From: Candidatus Aenigmarchaeota archaeon LH_S4
GTDB taxonomy: Archaea; Aenigmatarchaeota; Aenigmatarchaeia; QMZS01
NCBI GenBank assembly: GCA_023659975.1
Contig: JAGXOI010000001.1
Location: 1 to 48,268, forward strand
Direction of reading: 5' to 3'
DNA length: 48,268 nucleotides
In this document: positions 30,350 through 38,700 of the stretch, in pieces
How the letters are laid out: the number at the start of each line of letters is the position of its first letter
Position numbering within the stretch: the first letter of the stretch is position 1
Made by a program: the position numbers and the translations under genes
Notes under the pieces: generated by a model
Database searches by the model: none
Told to the model about the DNA's origin: nothing
The model's input: the letters and a program-made list of their open reading frames with translations, nothing else

Positions 30350-30412
30350 TATGGAATTTAATTAGTGAATAATTTGGATGGAGTAGGGTGCAACTTTTTT
30401 TAAAGAGGTATA

Positions 30413-30753
30413 TGGACCTGGAGGGATTTCCAGAACCTTTTGATAACCAATATCCCTGTTTGGAGTGTCGCAAGGTGAAACAGCCAATTTTATCACTTTC
30501 GGTTTCGCAGTCTCACCTTGCAATTTGGCCCTTGCTAACCCATTTCATATTTGGGGTGCAGACCTTTTCATTTACTGCACCGAAAAGGGTTGCTTTTTAA
30601 AGGCTGACTTTGAACCCTCGGCCTCCGCCTGTTTTGGCTTGAGTTTTTAAAAGTCACACTTGCAAAGGCGGCATTCTACCAATTGCTCAAAACTACAATT
30701 TGAAAGCCTACCAAACTATTTTTTGTGTTGTAGTTTTACTGAACTACAGGCCC
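30413..30753 (-). tRNA. tRNA-Ala(UGC) with three introns: D-loop 30684-30738, anticodon 30630-30659, T-loop 30427-30608
   Basis: GGGCCTG TA GTTC AG[55 nt]ATTGGTA GAAT G CCGCC TTTGCAA [30 nt] GGCGG AGGCC GAGGG TTCAAA[182 nt]T CCCTC CAGGTCC A. The G3:U70 alanine identity pair is present. The gene is 341 nt for a 74-nt tRNA. Confidence 0.8.
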
Positions 30754-31320
30754 ATAAACTAATAATTATCTTAATTATAATTTCTCAATAACAAATAACT
30801 ATATGAAACAATAGATTCAACTTTAGGAATTCCAGTAGAATAGAAGTTTAAGCTACCTTAATTTTTTATTTATTAAGGTGATCCAGCCGCACGTTCCCGT
30901 ACGGCTACCTTGTTACAACTTAGCCCTCCTTACAAAATCCAAGGTTGATTCTCCAAAAATTGAAGAAGCTCCCTTAAGACTCTATTCAGATGGCTTGATG
31001 GGCAGTGTGTGCAAGGAGCAGGGATAAATTCATCGAACGATAATGACGTTCGATTACTAGGGATTCCGTCGTCACAGGGGCAAGTTTCAGCCCCCGATCT
31101 GAACTAGGGTTGAGTTTAGGGATTAGCTTTCTCTTTCGAGATTGCAACTCTCTGTCTCAACCATTGTTGCGCGCGTGTAGCCCAAGAAGTTCGGGCCGTA
31201 CCGACCTGCCGTCGCCCACTCCTTCCTCCTGTTTACACAGGCAGTTCTTTTAGAGTACTCTGCTAAAGCAGATCGCAACTAAAAATGTGGATCTCGCTCG
31301 TTGCCAGACTTAACTGGACA

Positions 31321-31359
31321 TTTTTGTTGAGGTTATTAGGTTTTTACTTCCTAAAAAAC
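31321..31359 (-). other. ~39-nt AT-rich hairpin insertion in 16S (helix 35-37 region)
   Basis: GTGTTGT-ATGG[GTTTTTTAGGAAGTAAAAACCTAATAACCTCAACAAAAA]TGTCCAGTTAAGTCTGGCAACGAGCGAGA. Bacterial and archaeal consensus has only ~4 nt here. Confidence 0.5.
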
Positions 31360-31503
31360 CCATACAACACGAGCTGACGACGGCCATGCAACTCCTCTCA
31401 GCTAGTCTGGTAAGCTCTTTAGACTGACCTTCATCCAGCTGTCTTCCTTGGTAAGATTCTCGGTGTTGAGTCCAATTAAACCGCACACTGCACCCCTTAT
31501 GTA

Positions 31504-31546
<43 letters not shown>

Positions 31547-31647
31547 CCCCAGGTGGCCCGCTTAATGGTTTCCCTTCGAAACTGGCTAGTTCCTACAAAC
31601 CAGCCAACATCAAGCGGGCATCGTTTACAGCTAGGACTACCCGGGTA

Positions 31648-31706
31648 CTTAGGAACCTCTCTTTAATTAATATTTTTTAAATATTCATCTTTAGAAAAAG
31701 GTTCAA
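31648..31706 (-). other. 59-nt intron in the 16S 790 loop
   Basis: The universally conserved GGATTAGATACCCGGGTAGTCC is split as GGATTAGA[59 nt]TACCCGGGTAGTCC. The insert is AT-rich with terminal complementarity GAACCT...AGGTTC. Confidence 0.8.
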
Positions 31707-32648
31707 TCTAATCCGGATTGCTCCCCTAGCTTTCATCCCTCACCGTCAGAGTTATTCTAGTTAGATGCCTTCGCCATCGGTGGTCCCCTTAGGATCAAAG
31801 GATTTCACCCCTACCCCAAGAGTACCTCTAACCTCTCCTAATCTCTAGTCTAACAGTATTTCTAGCATTTTCTTGGTTAACAAGAAATTTAACCAGAAAC
31901 TTGCTAGACCGGCTACGGATGCTTTAAACCCAATAAAAGTGGTCACTACTTGTGGCTCGGGTATTACCGCGGCGGCTGCCACCCGTATTACCCACCACTT
32001 ATTCGATAAGCTTTTTTAACTTAACAAAAGTTATTCCTTTGTGGAATAACACTTAGAGTCCCCCTATCGCACTTAAGTGCATGGTAAAGGTTTCGCGCCT
32101 GCTGCACTCCGTAGGGCCTGGATTCTTGTCTCAGAATCCATCTCCGGGCTATTGCTCTCACAACCCGTACTAATTATCGGCTTGTCGGGCTTTTACCCCA
32201 ACAACAACCTAATCAGATATAATCCTATCCTTAGTTCAGATAGATTCTTTCCAGAACTCCTATCCTATCTTCTTTTATCCTCAGTTTCCCGAGATTATAG
32301 AAGTTCTAAGGGTAAGTTAATTATACTTTACTGAGCCGTTCGCACTTCAAAACCGAAGTTCCAAAGTACTTGCATGGCTTAGTCGAACTCTAATAGCAGT
32401 GACCTCCGGCAGGATCAACCGGAATTATAGCAGGGATTTGCTCCTTACTTATATACTCCTTCTATTCTACTTTGAAAGACTAAACTTATTTAATTTCAAA
32501 GTTTAATAATCTATTTCATTAGATTACTTCATTGCCTTTAAAGACTCTTCATAATAGTAAATATATAAAATTTAAATATAACCTAATTAGTTGTAAAAAT
32601 GTAATTTATAAGTATTTTATCCTTTTATATATTAAATAAAATTAAATT

Positions 32649-34001
32649 ATGAGGAAAAACTTTAATCTATTTGTAATTATCATAACTTTTTTTTGTTTAA
32701 TTTCCATAATATCTGCAACTGAAAAAATAAGTGTTGAAGCTGGTAGTTTTGAGGAAATAAGTTTTGAGATAAAAAATGATAATCCTATTGGACTTAGATA
32801 TACAATATATTCTTTTGGTTGGCATCCTTGGATTTTGTTCTCTTATTCCCAGGTTTTTCTTCAGCCTGGAGAAAATAGAGAGGTAAAGGTATTTTTGATA
32901 CCAAATAAATTTGTAGAAAATGGAGTTCATAAAATAACTCTTATTGCAGAATCAGGAGTGGATAGAATAACAAAGGAGTTGGAGATAACAGTTTCAGGTG
33001 AAATCGAAAAATCAGGAGAAGTTGAAAAATTAAAAGTGAATAAGTTTTTGTTTGATAGAAAAAAAATAAATCTCGTTGTTGAATCTGAGGAAGAACTTAA
33101 TTTAGAAATTTTAATATATAAGGATGGAACTTTATTGAATAAAATAGAAGAGAAAATTTCAGAAGGTGAAAATGAAATTACTAAATTTTTTGATTTGGAG
33201 GTTGGAAATTATTTAGCGACGGTAAATTTTTATAAAGATAGAGAGTTAAGTTATAGTGCAAATAAATCTTACTTTGTTGAGGGAGTAATTGAAGATAAAA
33301 ATATTGTTGAGAGGAAAGAGGAATGGGACTACTTATTTATATCTGGTGCTAGAATAGTTTTTGAAAATGAAGGAGAAAAAAAAGAGAAGAAGACTTACTC
33401 TGTTTATGTTGATAAATTAGCTGACTCTTTTTTTGATTCTAAAAATTTTAAAGAAAAAATAGATGAAGGAGACAGGTATAATTATCTATGGGAATTTGTT
33501 TTATTGCCTAATCAAAAATATACTATAATTTATTCTTACAATTATTCTGCTCTTCTTATTCTTTCTTTGGCTGTGATTTTCTTTTCTTTCTTATTTTATC
33601 TTTCAAGTAAAAAGGAGATAAAAGTAAAAAAGTTTTTCACAAATAAAGTTCATGGAATCAAAGAAAAAAAAGAAATAAGAATTTGTTTGGAGGTAATAAA
33701 TAAGTCTAAGCAGGAGTTAAATAGTATTACAGTTGAAGATTTTGTTCAACCGCTCTTTAAGTTGGAGAAAAAGTTTCAGGGAGTAAAACCAAACAAGATT
33801 GTGAAAATAGGTTCTGAGGAAAAACTGGTTTGGGAAATTCCAAAATTAAGATCCAGGGAAACTAGAATCTTTACATATAAAATTATTCCAAAAATTGGAC
33901 TCAGTGAAAAATATTCTTTCTCGTTAGCAAGAGTAAAATATAAAAAAGACCAGATGAGGAGGGTTTTGTTCTCCAATTCATTGACGACTGTAGGGGATTA
34001 A
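32649..34001 (+). CDS. Secreted/membrane protein of unknown function (signal peptide, central TM helix)
   Basis: N-terminal hydrophobic signal and a TM segment ALLILSLAVIFFSFLFYL. No recognisable catalytic motifs. Confidence 0.5.
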   Translation: MRKNFNLFVIIITFFCLISIISATEKISVEAGSFEEISFEIKNDNPIGLRYTIYSFGWHPWILFSYSQVFLQPGENREVKVFLIPNKFVENGVHKITLIAESGVDRITKELEITVSGEIEKSGEVEKLKVNKFLFDRKKINLVVESEEELNLEILIYKDGTLLNKIEEKISEGENEITKFFDLEVGNYLATVNFYKDRELSYSANKSYFVEGVIEDKNIVERKEEWDYLFISGARIVFENEGEKKEKKTYSVYVDKLADSFFDSKNFKEKIDEGDRYNYLWEFVLLPNQKYTIIYSYNYSALLILSLAVIFFSFLFYLSSKKEIKVKKFFTNKVHGIKEKKEIRICLEVINKSKQELNSITVEDFVQPLFKLEKKFQGVKPNKIVKIGSEEKLVWEIPKLRSRETRIFTYKIIPKIGLSEKYSFSLARVKYKKDQMRRVLFSNSLTTVGD

Positions 34002-34141
34002 TTGTGATGAATAAAGAGATAATTAAAGAGTTTTTGACTTATAGGATGATATATTTAAAATAAATTATGTGGTAAATTTGGTGGAAAATTATTTATAGTT
34101 ACTTAATCCTTATATTATAGACTATAAATCTATAAGTTCTG

Positions 34142-34189
34142 ATAAACCAAAAAATACAAAAAAACCAAAGCCTGAAGTTAAAAATAAAT
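34142..34189 (+). repeat. Second copy of the 49-nt dispersed repeat (see 141-189)
   Basis: Direct comparison with 141-189. Confidence 0.6.
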
Positions 34190-34228
34190 TTATTGCAATT
34201 GGTGCTTTAGTATTGACACTCTCCACGA

Positions 34229-35365
34229 TTAAAATCGGGAGATTCTGAGATCGCACTCTGAACCACAAAAGCTTGCTGACTTCTTTATGTCCTCTGCCTC
34301 AGTTACGGGCTGTGCCAAAACAGCCCCTAGTTTAGACATATAGCCTAAACCTCGTTTGCAGATATTTATACTCCCATTTCTATCTGCATTTTCTTCTTCT
34401 TTACATTCAGGACACCAGAATAAACCTTGAGTTTTTCTAACTCCTTCATTTCCACACTTCCAACACAGTTGAGAAGTATAAGCTTCATTTACTTTGATTA
34501 CTGAAATTCCCTCCCAGTTCGCTTTGTATTCTATAAATTGAGATAGTTGATAGTTTGGCATAGAGTTCAACTTTCTGTTAAACTTCTTTCCTTTATAGTT
34601 TTTGTTATTCTTCTTTCTTGCTCCATTCTTTCTAATTCCTTTCAAATCACCAATTACTATTGCCGAATTTGTGTTTTTAGCCCAATCTATAATATCCTTT
34701 GCTGTCTTATGTACTTGATCTTTGGTTATTCTTTTTTCTTTATTGTTCTTTATTTTTTTGTAGAAACCTCTGATTTTCTTCCTTGCTAACTTCCCTCTCA
34801 AGTGGAAGTAGTGTCCTCTTGTTTCTCTGATATCCTTCCCATAGAACTTGGTTTTCTTGTTGGAATACTGCACCACGGACGCAATATTTTTTACTCCAAG
34901 ATCTATAGATAAGGTATCAGTATAATTTGTTTTTAATTCCTGTTCTTTTTGAACAGTTATATTTAAGAACCAGTCTTTTTTACCTTTGATTAACTTTGAT
35001 TCAGATGATTCATAATTCAATAAATCTTGTTGTTTGTTAGAAAAATTGATTGCAACCCAAATTGATTTATTATAAACAGGAACTCTTACCCAATATTTAG
35101 ATAGCTTGTTATCTGTTTTCTTAACTTTAATACAATCCTTCCTGATTATCAAAGGTTGTTCTTTTTTAGGTTTTGTTCTTTTTGCTAATCTTTCTACCTG
35201 TTGTTTTGTTGCTGAATAGAGTTTTATATCTTTGTATAATGGAAGAAAATCTACATCCTGCATTTTTAGGATACCCTGAAAATTAGAATATTCTCTCTCA
35301 AGTTTTTCTCTCTTAATATTGGTTGGTCTAATAATCTTGGTTTGAATTGTTTTTTGTAGTTTCAT
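34229..35365 (-). CDS. tnpB: TnpB (OrfB), copy 2
   Basis: 378 aa from MKLQKTIQTK. Near-identical to 5910-7052, with the same RuvC and zinc-ribbon motifs. Confidence 0.85.
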   Translation of the reverse strand: MKLQKTIQTKIIRPTNIKREKLEREYSNFQGILKMQDVDFLPLYKDIKLYSATKQQVERLAKRTKPKKEQPLIIRKDCIKVKKTDNKLSKYWVRVPVYNKSIWVAINFSNKQQDLLNYESSESKLIKGKKDWFLNITVQKEQELKTNYTDTLSIDLGVKNIASVVQYSNKKTKFYGKDIRETRGHYFHLRGKLARKKIRGFYKKIKNNKEKRITKDQVHKTAKDIIDWAKNTNSAIVIGDLKGIRKNGARKKNNKNYKGKKFNRKLNSMPNYQLSQFIEYKANWEGISVIKVNEAYTSQLCWKCGNEGVRKTQGLFWCPECKEEENADRNGSINICKRGLGYMSKLGAVLAQPVTEAEDIKKSASFCGSECDLRISRF

Positions 35366-35477
35366 AATTCTCAAGTAGTTTTCTGACAATATCCTCAAAT
35401 GTCTCTCCTTTCTTTCCCAATTTCTTTAACATATTATAGGTTGATTTCTTTAATTGTATAGTTGTTATAGTCACCAT
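35328..35477 (-). CDS. 49-aa antitoxin-like mini-protein overlapping the tnpB start
   Basis: Manual translation gives MVTITTIQLKKSTYNMLKKLGKKGETFEDIVRKLLENYETTKNNSNQDY. The pattern I.L...T...L..L...GE(S/T)F.D.I..LL resembles small archaeal putative antitoxins. Confidence 0.4.
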   Translation of the reverse strand: MVTITTIQLKKSTYNMLKKLGKKGETFEDIVRKLLENYETTKNNSNQDY

Positions 35478-35566
35478 AAATATATACAGAAAACTTTAAA
35501 TACCCTCCTTTTCAACCCAATTCATCTACCCTCACTAAAGTCGGTAGCTTTCTTGGGGATTATATT

Positions 35567-35734
35567 GTAATTTTTATAATTATCGGAATTGGAGTTTATT
35601 TTTATTCTCAAAATTGGGTTCCTCCTGAATCTGGTGAATCACCTGAAACCTCTCCTGAAACTTTTTCTTATGGAAAACCTCTTCCCCCCTCTCTCAGAAT
35701 GAAAGATATAATAAAAAGTTTTTATATAGTTTAA
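35567..35734 (+). pseudogene. 3' portion of a small membrane-protein ORF split by IS copy 2 (5' portion ends at 34212)
   Basis: Joining 34212 to 35567 gives an in-frame read ...KNKFIAIGALV|VIFIIIGIGVYFYSQNWVPPESGE..., a continuous TM helix. No canonical start codon was found upstream. Confidence 0.4.
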
Positions 35735-35756
35735 AAACAAAAAAATTCTTAACTTC

Positions 35757-38700
35757 TTACTTCACTCCTTTGATATATCCTTTAAACCAATTTAGCCACC
35801 TGTTGTAAATTTCCTTTGAATCCAAAGCACCTGATTCTTTTCTAACTTCTTCAGAGAAAGTATGAAACATAGAATTTGAGAGGATAACATTACTTGCTTC
35901 CATGATACTAGGTTTCTTTGTTTCAACTGCAGTTTTTACAATTGTATCAAGAATATCTGCTCTTAGCTTGATATTACTCCAGACAGCATCCCAATCTCCT
36001 CTCCATTCTTTAACATTTTTTGCAATAGAATTTATTATTTCACTCTCACCAGCTAAAAGAGTTGGGGTTGGCTCTAGCTCATCTTTTTTAGCATTATATT
36101 CAAGCAAATTAACAAAACCTTTTTCTTCTGCAGGATCTTTTTTCCAGTGTTTCCTAATTTCTGTAAATTCAACTGTTCTTCTAAAAGAATGTAGTCCATC
36201 AGCACTTTTTAAGGTATTGTTTATAAGTATCAGGTCTGTTGCTTTGAAACTTGTAGGGGGGACCCCCAAATCATTTACAACTCTATCAAATAAACCATAA
36301 GCACTTTCTCCATGTATAGTTCCTGCAACAACATTAGCCATTGCACCAATCCTCATTGCCTCATAAAGAGCCAAAGCTTCCTTGCTTCTTACTTCACCAA
36401 TTATCAGACAAGAATCTCCTAACCTTAAGGATACTCTCAAAACTTCTTCGGCAGGCAGTTCAGTTTCAACCATTGTAATCACTGATCTTGATTTTAATCT
36501 TGTTATATTATATCCAATTTCCCTAAATTTTTTTAAGGGTAATTCAAGAGTATTATGAGCCAAGATATTTTCACACACAAAATTCTCATTCTCAGGAACA
36601 GAAAAATCATAAACATATATCTCTGATTTTACTTTTTTTACACTAACAACTCTATCCCAAAAAATATCTGAATATGCTAATTGTTTTAGAAAAGTATATA
36701 GTTTATTTTTATCTGGTATTTTAGGGATTAATTTTTTCAAATATTCTCTTCCAATATTATTTCTCCTCTTTATATAATCATTTTTATTAAAATCTTTACA
36801 TACCCGGGCCATTTCTTTTTTTAGTTCTATAGACAAGGGTATTATATCTGCAGAGTCATTTGTAGATATTTTGGAGCAGAGCTTCTTAAGTTTTTTTCTT
36901 TTCTTTTCTATAAGTATTCCAATTTTCTCCCTAAAATTTTTCTGGGATTTTAAGCTGGAAATATCTGCATTAAATGTTCCGTCTTTTCTTCGGTTATTGC
37001 TTTTCCTGAGAATTATATCGTAATCCAGAAGTAAGGTTTGCAAGTCATATAATAGTTTTTCTGAAGTTAGAGGGATTACAATTTCTTTTTCACTCACACA
37101 CCCGTCTCCGGAGAATATTCCCCTCAAAACAAAAGATATCTGCTCTTTAGATAAATTATATATCCATTCAGGGACTTCTTTGGTATAAGCATTACCCTTT
37201 AAATTTAATACATCCTGCATAACTATTTTGAGTATATCCGAAGAGATTATTGAGGTAAAAGTATCAGAATGCATCTTAACCCTAAGATCAAGCTTTTTTG
37301 CCACGCTTCTTACAACTCTTCTTAATTCTTCTTCAACCACTGAAATTAGAACACTCCGCTTATCATAGCACCCATCTGCTATCCATAGTCCAATAAAGGT
37401 TAAAAAATCTTCATTCAGGGATATTTTTGTTGGTATGGGTTGGCCCCCACTCCTGGGTTTAATTTTGATATTTTTGAAATCAAAACTTTTTTTGTTTAAT
37501 TTTACAAAAACTTTCACAGGCAAAATACCTTTTCTTTTCCAATAGGAGCATAGTTTTTCAGAGTAACCCAACTTCCTCGAGACTTTCTTTATTTCTGTCC
37601 CCTGCTCTTTTATTAACCCCTGGATTTCTTTTCCCTTCAGATAGAAATTTTTTAATTTTTCTAAGTGTTCCAACAGATTTACTGAGTCTTTCCTTCTGTT
37701 GTTTACCCTAAATATTCTTGGAACTACAATAAAATTACCTTCTTCTAAGTCTCTAACCCTAATTTCTTCCAAAATTCTTTTGTTACCTATAGAAAAAAGG
37801 GAGTGGTCACCAGTTACTTTTATCTTCCGACCAGTTGATGTTAAAATTTCATAAATGTCTTTATTTGTCTTGTGTCTGATAAAAGAACTCACTTTTTTAA
37901 ATTCTATTTTACCTTCTTTATTAATTGAGCAAATTTCTATTTCATCTTTTATATCTGTTGCTCTGACAATATTTCTTTCATTCTCTATTCCTGGTTTATA
38001 GTTCTTAATTAGCTCATCTATCAAATTACCAATCTTTGTCTTCTCAATTTTCCTGTTTCTTTTAATCAGGATTATAGAATCTCCTGTGACACTATCCTCA
38101 ACCGAAATAATCCTTTTATTTTTCATTATTTGTGAGATTAGAGCACCTAATAAACTTGTTTTTCCTGAACTTCTTGTTCCACCAACCAACATAGATCTTC
38201 CACCATCTATTATAAACCAAAGCAGTCCACCAGCAAGAGGATTTAGCATTTTTTGGGAGATAAAGAGAGGGAAGGTCCAAGGTTTTTCCCTGTGCCTTCT
38301 CAAAGCAAAACCAAGACCTTCCGGGGATAAAGTCTGCATTATTGCACAAACTCTCGCCCTCCCACCAGGAACAGAAATTTCAGTATCCAAAACAGGGTTT
38401 GCTTCATCCAAAGGTCTTCCCGAACTTAACCTCAATCTTGTTGCTAACAATTCTGCATCCTCTTTTGTTTGAGTTATGTTTGTCTGACATTCACCATATT
38501 TCCCATGATAAAGGTAAGTTGGTGCAGAGCTTGGGGGTGAGTTGACATAGACATCCTGAACATTATCATCAGACAAAAGTAATTCCAGAATCCCGATTCC
38601 AGCAGTATATCTAACAAGAATATTTGAAATAATTTTTAGTTTTTCTTCTGGGATATTAGATGAACCTGAAAGATCTCTTAACATATCAAGACCAATATTA

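Larger units (their letters stand above)
34213..35566 (-). mobile_element. TnpB-only IS200/IS605-family element, copy 2
   Basis: It has the same ends as copy 1: ...GGAGAGTGTCAA at 34213, and TTAC (rc of 35567-35570) abutting the left end. The left-end hairpin is at 35516-35558. The internal region between LE and tnpB differs from copy 1. Confidence 0.75.
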
